Positions 24,962-35,418 of a stretch of 64,000 nt of DNA are shown here, one piece after another; within the stretch, counting starts at the first letter, position 1; the number at the start of each line of letters is the position of its first letter. This stretch comes from Patellaria atrata CBS 101060. Its lineage: Eukaryota. The stretch spans positions 2,157,561-2,221,560 of the forward strand of contig MU006089.1 of assembly GCA_010093705.1 (NCBI GenBank), read 5' to 3'. A program made the translations under genes and the position numbers. Below the pieces are notes generated by a model. It was given only the letters and a program-made list of their open reading frames with translations, was not told where the DNA came from and ran no database searches.

Positions 24962-26082
24962 GGTTGAGATAGATATTCACCCGAACGGAGGTAGATGGAT
25001 GTTCTTATCGATCAAGGTGAGCTTGCTCTACACCTGTCGCGTGCCAATGGTTGCCGCGTGAACAGGTTTGATGCCATGCGCCGAGTCGGAAGGGTAGATA
25101 TGTGTTGGATAAAACCAATAAATTTTGTAGACTAAATATTTGATTCCTAAATGCGACTCCAAAAGCGATCAAAGGAAATGGAAGGTTGCGGTTTGAAGGA
25201 AAGGGTGATCAGGTTAAGGTAAGGTGACGCAAAAGTACAGAGCAAAACTTCGGGAGAACAAATTCGGATAGGAGGAAATGAGCGACGAAAAGTCTTCATG
25301 GTCTGCCGTACTCTAGCCTTGTTTTAGTCCGAAAACTCCCCTGTGCTCCCTGCAAAACAATTTCCGACGTATCCCGAGGCAGAGATTCCCCTACAAAAAC
25401 AAACACCAAAATCGAGCGCTACCCTGCTTATACAGATTATATGATATCAAAACATAAACAGAATAGAGATTTTTAAAGTTTAACGCGTCTGTCTATATAT
25501 CATCATCGATAATGGAAGATTGAAAACCCGATTATTGCGCTTTTGGAGTAATAGCTGTAGATGGTTAACCGTCTAAGAAATAAATGTCACGAACGGTAGA
25601 TTTGACGTTGCATGAATCTGTGATCAAGTTCGAGGAAACACCGACTGTCATTAGCTATAAACCCAGCCATCTTCCGCCAGAGGATCCAAGATACTTTTCA
25701 AACCGACCCAGCCCAACCATCTACCGTATGATGTACAAATAGCAGAAGATATCCACCAAGTGGACAACGCCATGCAGATGGGAGTAAAGACTAAGATGCA
25801 GCAGGATGGACCAGTGGACGGAAGACGCCACACCAAGGAAAAAGGAAATCCAATATTAAATTGACAAAGCCCAGATATCCAAGTCCCCAGTGCCGATATA
25901 GCAAATGGAGGACACCAAAGATGAAAATATTGACACAATTTGGCTTTATGTTGATGAAGAGGTGTATGACTTTCCGATGTTCGTGACGCATTAAGAGCTA
26001 TGGACAGCTATTTATCCATTAGCTACTGGTTCAGACGGACAATTAAAGGTATGGCAAGGTATATACTTACAATTGTAAACAT

Positions 26083-26808
26083 CTACAGTCTAGAACCGTG
26101 GACGACCTTATAGTCGACAGCGAGTTCCTGGCCGTCATCATTGATGACGAGGACACGCACGCTGCCACGGCCATTGTCGAATGCCTCTGTGAGGCGAGAA
26201 AGGAGACCGCTCTGGTCAATGACGGGCAAGCCCTGCTTGATATCACCGGTCTCGGTCATTGCGACGACACGGCCGTCATCACGGACATCGAGGACACGGT
26301 ATTGCTTGAAGACAGGACCAAGCATGTTCTGGACAACAACGGACGGGGCCGGGGTGGAGATGAAGCTAGACTCTTCATGAAGCTGCTTGGTGAAAAGATC
26401 GACACCGAGATAGCGGTGTTGACCGGTTTGAGAAGAGGTGGTGATGCGGATGACTTGGCAAGGGCGGCCCTGAAGGATCAGGAGGTCGCCAATGCGGATG
26501 TGGTGGCAAGGGATAGTGATAGTGTTAGGGACGGCCATGGTGGGTAATGCGGAGACGGAGCTAGAGGTGTAGCTGGATGAAGAACCGACTTGGGGTGGAA
26601 GAGGACGAGATGAAACTGGGGCAGGACCTTGTGCTTGCGCTGGTGCTGAGATGTTGACTGTTTCCTTGATAACTACGTTCTCACGACCTTCGGGGTGATG
26701 ATGGTGATGATGACGGGGTCCGTGGATGGGATGACGGATACGGTCGGCAGCTCTGTGAAGACCGGCGCGGAAGGAGTGGTAGTTACCGTCGTCGTCGTAA
26801 TATCCCAT
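26083..26808 (-). CDS. hex1: Woronin body major protein HEX-1 (AUG-initiated form)
   Basis: MGYYDDDG start, His-rich segment, eIF5A-like core TIPCHHIRIGDLLILQGRPCQVIRI...GVDLFTKQLHEE, and C-terminal PTS1 SRL. Confidence 0.97.
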   Translation of the reverse strand: MGYYDDDGNYHSFRAGLHRAADRIRHPIHGPRHHHHHHPEGRENVVIKETVNISAPAQAQGPAPVSSRPLPPQVGSSSSYTSSSVSALPTMAVPNTITIPCHHIRIGDLLILQGRPCQVIRITTSSQTGQHRYLGVDLFTKQLHEESSFISTPAPSVVVQNMLGPVFKQYRVLDVRDDGRVVAMTETGDIKQGLPVIDQSGLLSRLTEAFDNGRGSVRVLVINDDGQELAVDYKVVHGSRL

Positions 26809-27777
26809 ATCACGCTTGTGCTTCTTGGGGGCGTCGACTGTTGTTCGAGTAGTTTCTACTCGAACTTCTGCCTGAGGCTGAGAGTAACGCTGAGGATACT
26901 CTTCTGCGCGTTGACCGGAGATCGGTTGATACTCTGCACTAACCTGAGCAGAGTAAAGGTTCTTAGTGGGAAATTCTGGAACGAAACCTGCTTGAGTTCG
27001 TTCACGGTATTGGCTTTCAGTGATGTCTAACTGAGAGCCGGCGTAATGGGTAGCAGGAGTGTGGACGGTATTGAAGTTGCGGTCGTAGACTTTGTCTTGT
27101 ACGCCGTATACCTTGTCCTTGACCTCTAACTGGGCGTCGGTGTAACGTTGATAGGGTTCTTGGTATCTGTAAAAGAAGAAAGTTAGAATGAGATGGAAGG
27201 GAGAAAAAAGTACGACTAGGTTAGGTAAGGATGTTGCTCAGACAACAAAACAATAAGCCACTAATGCCTAATTGGGCGACTAAAACATTAAAAGGGGAAA
27301 TTGTGCAAGTTGTGCACGCTAGAGGGTCACGGTCGTGTTTTGGAAATAGAAATTGCACACCGACTTTACTTACTGCTGACGTGCGGATTGTGGTTGATAC
27401 TGAGCTTGAGTATGAGTTCGAAGTTGAGGCTGGGGCTGATACTGAGGTTGCTGTTCACGTTCACGAGTAATATGGACTTCCTTGCGGAATTCTTTGTGCT
27501 CGCCTTGAACTGGTAGTTGTTGGGCTGCGGCTGGTCGTTGGTAGCGGTCCTGCTCGAAAACGCGTACCTCCTCTTCGAAACGTTGACCTCGTCGAGGATC
27601 GTCGGTTGAGAAGGCAGTGATGTGAGTTTCGTGACCTTCCCGTCCGACGCGCGATTTATCAGGTAGGTTGACTTCACCCTCTACCTTGATGCTAGTTTTC
27701 TCTGCTTTGACAGCGTCGCTCCGATACGAGGACGGGAAGACACTGAAGGGGATCGGGACGCGGGCGTCAAAGTCCAG
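26809..27777 (-). CDS. hex1: In-frame N-terminal extension of HEX-1 (long isoform; putative CUG start)
   Basis: Exon 27777-27374 (LDFDARVPIPFSVFPSSYRSDA...ARQ) is followed by intron 27373-27167 (GTAAGT...CTAAC...TACAG) and exon 27166-26809 (...DAPKKHKRD). The 762 nt are stop-free and in frame with MGYYDDD. Confidence 0.75.
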
Positions 27778-30310
27778 GTTGGCTGGAGTCGCGGCGTCCT
27801 TTCTTGAATGCCTCTCGAACCGTTACGGGTAACAATTCGAAAGGAAGACAAGAAAGAACTTCTTGGCTCCTTACGGTGAGAAAGATCTCAAAAGATGGGT
27901 AAAGGAAGAAGCGACGTGGTAGCCAGCTTCGAAGGTATTTAAAGCTCTGAAGAGCAGTGGGGAAACGATTGAAACGTGATGAGGTGCAATTGGCGGAGTT
28001 TGTGATGATGAAGAGTGAGATGTAGCACGAAGAAGGAGAGTGGAGGAGAGGTAAAAGAAATGGGCGCGAGAGGGGAGCAAGAGGTTGACTGGGAGATGGC
28101 TGGGGGGTGGTCGGAGAAAGCTCTCAGCTTAGAGCGGCTTTTTGTTGTGCAGTGATCCGCGACGTTAGCGCGTAAACAACTCAAGCTTGGCCGGCCAAAT
28201 CGAGCTAAATTACTCCTTTTCATTCCCCCTGGCGCCTCATGAATATCAATCACATGCATTTGCTTCAAATCTCATCACTCGAAGGCCACCAAAATCATCA
28301 ATTGTACCTTCTCAAGAATTGTATCTTCAAAATTCAGACTCCAGCATCGAGGTGATATCCTTCGAGAAGATGGTTTCGCAATTATGCCCGATTCCCAAGC
28401 CTTCAATTGCTGATTGCTCAGTTCATTGCGTTACGCAAACCTCACAGGTTTCGAACCCGCCATTTCCTTGTAGAGTATCCACTGCATAACTCGTGGTGCC
28501 TGGCCATTGGATAGTATGGACCTCGGATAGTATATCACCGCGTCTTTGATGCAAACAATCGATAGTGATGCAGAAGAGTGAGATTTCGTTGGAAGCTTTC
28601 AGCTGAGTTTGTCGTGAGACCCGCAGCTTATCCCCAGCCTCCTTTTTATGGTCGCGACGGTCATTGGATACGGTTTAGGCTGGAGTTGCTGCACCGTAAC
28701 GCCTTTCTGCACGTTCTGCATAATTGGCCGTCCACGGGTAGTATGAATCTGTTAGGCCCGAGCGAACCATATTCGCCAGCTTCACCTCATACGCTACCGT
28801 GGACCGATCGCAATATAATTCTCGGCTCTGCCGAATTACCGTCGAGGATACTATCGAATTATTTAGCTCCAAATATAGACGTAAGAGATCTCGAACAGCG
28901 AAAGGACGTTCAGACTTCAGAGTAACATGATTAGAGAGTTGTCTCACCTGTTCAACTACGCGTTCTCTTTTACTTCCAGTAATCAGTCTATTTTGGAGTA
29001 CATATCTTACTGGATATTCCAATGGCACTCTCTTCTCATATACTTCACGTATACCTCCTTAGGAGGACGACGTGACGTTGATTTAAAGTATCCTTCTCAC
29101 GTCTTAGGAGGCACGCAAGGCTCCTTCCCGTACGGAAGAATTTCTCTACTCATGGAATGCACTGTCTAGATTCGGTCAGCTCCTACCCAAGGTACATACT
29201 GCTATCGAATTCTCTTTAGTCTTTCGGGTACCAGTCATGGCTTCATTAATTTATCAACCCATCTTCCATTATTCAAATCTATAGGAAACCTCTGTTTGCT
29301 TAGCAACCATACACGAAGAAACCACATACGGACATAAGGTAGTACTTCTTTTAAATACATGCATCTTGGGAGCTGTATTCTTTAACCTAAAGTGTTCTAT
29401 TCCTCTTACCACTGATTCCAGCGCATAGCTCGAGTAACGTAATACTTCTCGGTCTCTTTCTAGTGTGTTTCTTTTCTTGTCGGACGTTGACAAGATTCAT
29501 GTCCCAAGCACATATTGACCTTGAGATGCTCATTTACCTCTTACTGGGGATCGGTGTCATGAAGAACGTTAGAAACATCAGTCATTTTTAGGTTGCCAGA
29601 TCTAATTCTATGTAGATATTGGATAAAACGGTTACAATGATCCATCTCACTAACACCTGTGTTTCAAAGCATCCATTGCATACGCAAAATCAATAGTATA
29701 CCTATGTTATAGGGGCAGCCTATGAGTCCGCAACAATAAGAGATGCATATCACTGAGCATTCTAGGATACCTTGGGTTATGGTATCTTTAGAATTGGTCT
29801 AACTGATCAATTCCTATTTTACGGTAGTTTTGTTTGGTACTCTCTTCCAGGTTGTACTACGGTCTGAATACCCTATCACATATGTACTGGTCTCTTCCAG
29901 GTTAGAAACGGGTACTTTCCTCTATGTTAGCAGGTAATGTCAGCCAGTTGTATAGTGCCGTACAATTGGAGAAAGTCACGAGTGATATGCAGCAAGACAA
30001 GGATAGCCTGCATGCATTAGGATGTTATGCTTTGTTACGTGGCGATCCCGTCTACTATGTCACGTCGTTGTAAAGCGCTAGGAGAATTATTTTTTTTTTA
30101 ATTCATGACTCTTAGGTTCGCCGCATCGTGCGGACTTTCCCAAAGCGTTTGTCCGTTTATCTTATTTACAGTACCTGCGGCTCCCCATGACATAAAGCTA
30201 CAGTAGTCATCACTTCAAACCAAATCACAATAGCACACACAGTCTTTTCCTCTCCGACAATTCTTTTCCACACAGGAATCCTTTGAAGTTCTACAGTCAA
30301 TTCATCCGCC

Positions 30311-32014
30311 ATGACGTCCTCAGCTCAAGAAAACTACCCCGCAGCGGGGCTCTCCCCAACCCACACCTACATCCCCAATTGCGGCTACGAACGCAAACCA
30401 GAAGAGGAATACACCCTCTCCAGCACCCAGAATAAGCCAGCAAGCAACTCCGAAGCCCAGGATGTCACGCTCGACGACACCGAAGACTCCGACGCCTACT
30501 ACACCTCCGAAGACGACGTGTCCGAAAACGAGCTTTCGACCGCAAACCCCAACGACTACACCAAATCCTACAACCGGCAACGACGCCTCAATGACGCCTC
30601 AGCCCCCGACTCGGAGCGTCCGAAAACGAACCCGCAGAAGCCGACTGCGAACACGAGAGCGAGCGTGGACGACCAGATCAAGTCGCTGTCCCGGCATGCG
30701 GCGAAGCTCAAGCTGGACGACGCACAAGCGGGCCTCAGCGGCGGCGGGGAAAACACAAAAGACAAGAGCGACCGGGCGACGTCCGAGAGAGTCCTCGACC
30801 CACGGACGCGGATGATACTGCTTAAGATGATAAACAAGGGTGTCGTGAGCGAGATCAACGGCTGCATTTCCACCGGCAAGGAGGCGAATGTGTATCACGC
30901 GCTTCTGATACCGGAGGCGGAGGAGGGAGGCGAAATGGGACCGAGGCATATGGCGATCAAGGTGTACAAGACGGCGGCGCTGAGTTTCAAAGATCGCGAA
31001 CGGTACGTGACGGGCGAGTTTCGGTTCAAGAAGGGCTACAAGAAGGATAGTAGGAGTATGGTGAGGGTGTGGGCGGAGAAGGAGATGAGAAATCTGAATA
31101 GGCTTTTCGCGGCGGGGATACCATGTCCGGAACCTGTTTACCTGAGGGTAAATGTTCTTGCTATGGGGTTCCTAGGCGATAAACGCGGTTGGCCTGCACC
31201 ACGGCTCAGAGACGTATCGTTCGAGAGTGAAGATGCAGATGTAAAGTGGAAGAAACTGTACATACAGTTACTGAGCTACATGCGGGTCCTCTATCAAACA
31301 TGCAAACTCGTACACGGAGACTTGAGCGAGTACAATGTCCTATACCATGAAGAAAAACTCTGGATTATCGACGTCAGTCAGAGCGTCGAACACGAGCATC
31401 CGCGCTCCCTAGAGTTTCTACGAACAGATATCAAGAATGTGAGCGACTTCTTCCGCAACCAAGGCGTCGATACACTGGCCGAGCGCACCGTCTTTGGGTT
31501 CATCACCGAGTCGGAGGGAAGCGTTGAAGAAGAGGGCATGAGAGCTTCCGTTGAAACTCTATACGCGAAGAGAGCGGAAACCGGGAACTATGAACAGGCC
31601 ATCGCGGACGAGCTCGTCGATAACGAGGTCTGGCGTCAGCAATTTATCCCGCAGACTCTGAATCAGGTGTACGATATGGAGCGCGACGGTGACAAGCTCC
31701 AAGAAGAGGCTGGAGGTGTGGATCTAGTTTACAAGGACCTCTTAGCCAATAACGGTAAACCGGCTGCCGCGGACAGCAGTGCCGCTGGTGCCACGGCCAG
31801 CGAGGAAGGAAGCGATGAGGACGAAGATAGTGAGGAGCGGGAATGGAGCGACCGCGACAATAAAAAGCCTAGAGGTAAGAAACATCAGGAGCATGATGAG
31901 AAGAAGGCACATAAGGAGAAAGTCAAGGAAGAGAAGAGGGAAAAGAGGAAGACGAAGATGCCGAAACATGAGAAGAAGCGGTTGATCAAGACGTCTGGAA
32001 ACAAGAAGAAGTGA
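30311..32014 (+). CDS. RIO1: RIO1 atypical Ser/Thr kinase (40S biogenesis)
   Basis: DKSDRATSERVLDPRTR, STGKEANVY, AIKVYKT, VHGDLSEYN, IIDVSQSVEHEHP, and a K/E-rich C-terminus. Confidence 0.95.
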   Translation: MTSSAQENYPAAGLSPTHTYIPNCGYERKPEEEYTLSSTQNKPASNSEAQDVTLDDTEDSDAYYTSEDDVSENELSTANPNDYTKSYNRQRRLNDASAPDSERPKTNPQKPTANTRASVDDQIKSLSRHAAKLKLDDAQAGLSGGGENTKDKSDRATSERVLDPRTRMILLKMINKGVVSEINGCISTGKEANVYHALLIPEAEEGGEMGPRHMAIKVYKTAALSFKDRERYVTGEFRFKKGYKKDSRSMVRVWAEKEMRNLNRLFAAGIPCPEPVYLRVNVLAMGFLGDKRGWPAPRLRDVSFESEDADVKWKKLYIQLLSYMRVLYQTCKLVHGDLSEYNVLYHEEKLWIIDVSQSVEHEHPRSLEFLRTDIKNVSDFFRNQGVDTLAERTVFGFITESEGSVEEEGMRASVETLYAKRAETGNYEQAIADELVDNEVWRQQFIPQTLNQVYDMERDGDKLQEEAGGVDLVYKDLLANNGKPAAADSSAAGATASEEGSDEDEDSEEREWSDRDNKKPRGKKHQEHDEKKAHKEKVKEEKREKRKTKMPKHEKKRLIKTSGNKKK

Positions 32015-32233
32015 TTGCCATTGATCATTCATCCTATAGACTTCGCAATTCTATGCTGAACCCATAGATGCAAATGAAAACTCCATAACATGCAATGTCC
32101 CCGTGTATCCGTGACTCCCATATGTACTGTACAACTCCCGTTCCATGATTTCGTAGAGACATTACAATCCTCCCGTGTCGTCAAGCATAATCACTTCCCA
32201 TCATCAGAATCCGTGGATAATCATACCCTTCCA

Positions 32234-32677
32234 TCACAGCGAAAACCTCGAACTCCTCGCGCTGCCCGCACCGACCCTGGGCTCCTTGCTCTCCCTGACG
32301 AAACTCACAACTCTGGGACTATTAGGCTCAGTGATGCCTCCACTTTCGCTGCCGCTCAATCTGCCCCACGCGCCAGAGTCGCCGCTGCCCTCGCGCCTCA
32401 GAACGCCCTTCTCCCTGCGTCCTTCTTCTTCCAGCGCGAACCGTTTGCGCTTCCGGCCTGCGCAGCAGAGGGCGTCGCCTGGATCGCGGTAGAGCAGCAT
32501 GAAGAGCGTGATGCCGATGAGGAAAATGATGCAGAAGACGCCGGCGCCGATGAGGGTGCCGAGGAAGGCGGCGTCTTCGAGGATGTTGTTGTAGTGGAGG
32601 TCTGTGCCGAGGGAGACGTAGGTGCTTGTTGCTGCGGGCGGGGGAACGGGGATGGTTGGAGCGGCTTGGGGTGCCAT
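32234..32677 (-). CDS. Small single-pass membrane hypothetical protein
   Basis: 147-aa ATG ORF in AAAATGG context; one long hydrophobic stretch followed by CC and a basic RKRKR stop-transfer. Confidence 0.55.
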   Translation of the reverse strand: MAPQAAPTIPVPPPAATSTYVSLGTDLHYNNILEDAAFLGTLIGAGVFCIIFLIGITLFMLLYRDPGDALCCAGRKRKRFALEEEGRREKGVLRREGSGDSGAWGRLSGSESGGITEPNSPRVVSFVRESKEPRVGAGSARSSRFSL

Positions 32678-34077
32678 TTTATGGGGTTTAGAGTTCCCGG
32701 CGAGAAGATTTAGAGAATTGAGGTTGCAGATTGAGTTGTACTTTATGTTGGTGTTAATAAGACATTTGTTTGTCTTGTTGTGGTTTTTGAAAGTTGCGAT
32801 ATTGCAGAAGGTTTCGGGCCGTGGCGGAAGTTGTTGATATTGGAAGCGGAGCGGAGGATGGAGAGAGGGTGCACTCCGTATTATGAATTCTTTTGAAGAA
32901 AGCGACCGAAAATATGAAGGAATTATTCTCTTGTCTTCATCAAAACGACAGACTTATAATCATCGCGATATTCCAGAAACCGGGAAACTTGGAGTTGTCT
33001 GTTGCGCAGAGAGAGCTATCCACTGCTCATATATGATGTAAGTGGAAGAAGCTAGGCAGACTGGCAGTGAGACGGGCCTCCTCCGCTGGATTCCGGGCGT
33101 GTACGTCAAGAGGGCCGGAAGCGCACAGCCGGAGAATTGTAGTCGAGCTATTTCCAAGAAAACTTGTGAAATAGTAAACAATGAAATAAAGAACTTATGA
33201 CTTTCCGCAAGAAGTTTGTGGAGAGAAAGTTGGAGAAAAGGTCAACCAAGTCTTCTTCAGTACTTCCGTACTCAACCTGGTGTACTGTAGAATTACTTGA
33301 AGCCGGACAAGGCGGATCTCGGCCAAATAAGGCCCTTCAACACGTATATCCATCCTGTCAGCAGAGTATAAGCGCGTGAAGGAAGACTGCACATGGGTTC
33401 CGGACTTCATATAGTGCTAATCAGGTATCTAGAAAGTGATTTGGATCCCAAGAGTAGTGGATGATGTCTGCCCTGAGATCCTCCAACAGCTTCATCCGAG
33501 CTTTCCGGTTTCGGTTAAGCTAGCCGGCGTGTAGTTTCTGATCCAACTAGACAAGGTTGTCCTTTATAACTCACGCAACAACCGAAGCATTTTGAGCAGG
33601 ATGGCGGCAGTAAAAATTGAAAATATGATATGAGGAAAAATTAAAGAAAATGTGAATACAATAAAAGTACATAGCTCGATCCACAGATCTGATAGAATCC
33701 TCCTTAGAGTCTACCACAGTCGGCAGCATGCCACTCACCAGCGAACACTCGAATTCGGATTGATTCATAGGTCTTGAAGTTATGTATAACGTATGCCTCG
33801 TACGGCTAGAACCTCCCCAGTAGGCGCCCCACCCCGGCACATACGTTTAACATACAGCAGAATGAACACCGTCGAAGGGGAAGACGTACCGTAAACCAGG
33901 GGTTTAGGCGTTCGCACAGTTCGCATTCGTTTGTACCTAGGCCATATCTACGACCGGATCGGAACTTCTTCCAAGACCAGCAGCGCAGTACCGCAGGAGT
34001 ATATCGACGAGGGATGAGCCAAACTCGGTACAAGGCCAACGAACAAGAATGATTTAAACATATTTCTGAGCGAGCAG

Positions 34078-35418
34078 TTACTGTTTATCCATAAGACCAG
34101 CGGTCCTCTTGCGATTTTGAATATCTACAGTGACCCCGAGCGCTTCCAAAGCTGCTATAGCAGGCCCAGCAGCGTCTATACCTGCGGAATGCTTCGTCTC
34201 CTTAACCGCATTAGTAAGGAATTCTTCCCACGTAGATGTGATCAGCGTTACCGACTCAAAGTCAGGAAATGACTTTGCTTCCGTATTCACATCAACGTTT
34301 GTGGGGTATAGTAGAAGTTGTAAATTAGTAAGTATTCGCAGCTGTTCTTTTGACTCTTGTATCTCTCTTAGCAACTCCGCTGAGCCAGAAAGACTGTCTG
34401 TCGAAATAGTAAGAGAAGAAATCGACCTTGGTAAGTTTGAAATCAAAGCTGTAGAGCTGGGCTCTGTCCAGTCCAGTTCTAGCTCCCTTACGTTCGAGGA
34501 TGAAAGAAATCTTTGTAACACAACACGAGTCTCCCCTGTAGGAGTGTAATCCGTTGTAATCCGAAGTATTCGCAGCGTCTTGGAATGTGCATCTAGTGCA
34601 GATAGAAAACTAGGTGATATAAATATAGGGCCTTTCCTATACTGACTGATGGTTTCGCGTATGCAAAGTTTGCTTAAGGGCCGCACACAGCGAAGGGTAT
34701 GGCCATCGAAAGACTGTCGCCGTCCAATAGAATTACTTGAGCCATGCCCACCAAGCATAAGGGTTGGAGAGGAATCTATTAGCTCAAGTGTAGTTAAACT
34801 GGACAGACTGTTGAGAACTTTGAGAGTCTCGGAGGGGCTTGTTACCGAAAAACCGGTAAATCGAATAGACCGAAGGTTCGACAGGTGTTCCAAAAATGTC
34901 AAGGATTGCTCGTCGCTATAAAAGCTGATGTCTTGGAGTTTCGGGAAATAATGACCTAAAGTGTCCAAACACGCTTGATAAAGGGATCTGTACAGGTACG
35001 ATTGCAAAAGCGGCGGTCGATGAATCGTAAGGCAGCGAAGATTCCGGAATCCTGAAAGTGCACTCAATATTGCTTCGCGTTCTGACTTGTAGAGGGTTGG
35101 CCCTTGAACCTTTGGTGGTAGTTGGGCTACGGATGAAGACAATACGGACCTAAAATTGACGTCCTGGAGTTGGAAAGTCAGAGAGGTAACGTATTGTAGA
35201 TTGACAGTGCCGACAAGCTCAATCCAAGCCTGAAGAGCAGCCTGTGACTCGAAAGACTGAGGCCTTTTGTACAGAAATTTCTGGGACTCCGAGTGTAGTT
35301 GATGACTGACTCTCGGAAGCTGTGGGTTTCCTTTAGATCCAAGCATGACGTACTGATAGATATGCTCGCGGAGTTCGAGAGGAAGTGCAAAGAACAGAGG
35401 CTCGGATAATGAATACAT
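34078..35418 (-). CDS. F-box-like / LRR-type hypothetical protein
   Basis: 446-aa ORF; N-terminal FFALPLELREHIYQYV and repeated LxxLxL motifs (NLRCLTI, KLQDISF, NLRSIRF, SLTTLEL). The 3' end may contain an intron. Confidence 0.7.
   Translation of the reverse strand: MYSLSEPLFFALPLELREHIYQYVMLGSKGNPQLPRVSHQLHSESQKFLYKRPQSFESQAALQAWIELVGTVNLQYVTSLTFQLQDVNFRSVLSSSVAQLPPKVQGPTLYKSEREAILSALSGFRNLRCLTIHRPPLLQSYLYRSLYQACLDTLGHYFPKLQDISFYSDEQSLTFLEHLSNLRSIRFTGFSVTSPSETLKVLNSLSSLTTLELIDSSPTLMLGGHGSSNSIGRRQSFDGHTLRCVRPLSKLCIRETISQYRKGPIFISPSFLSALDAHSKTLRILRITTDYTPTGETRVVLQRFLSSSNVRELELDWTEPSSTALISNLPRSISSLTISTDSLSGSAELLREIQESKEQLRILTNLQLLLYPTNVDVNTEAKSFPDFESVTLITSTWEEFLTNAVKETKHSAGIDAAGPAIAALEALGVTVDIQNRKRTAGLMDKQ

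Noticed and set aside
26098..26547. Antisense ORFs over hex1 (and similar shadow ORFs over RIO1, RCC1, UTP21 and the FAD gene)
   Set aside because: Expected by-products of biased codon usage on the coding strand.
29200..30000. AT/TpA-rich stretch as a RIP-decayed transposon
   Set aside because: No terminal repeats or transposase/RT remnants visible; consistent with ordinary intergenic DNA.
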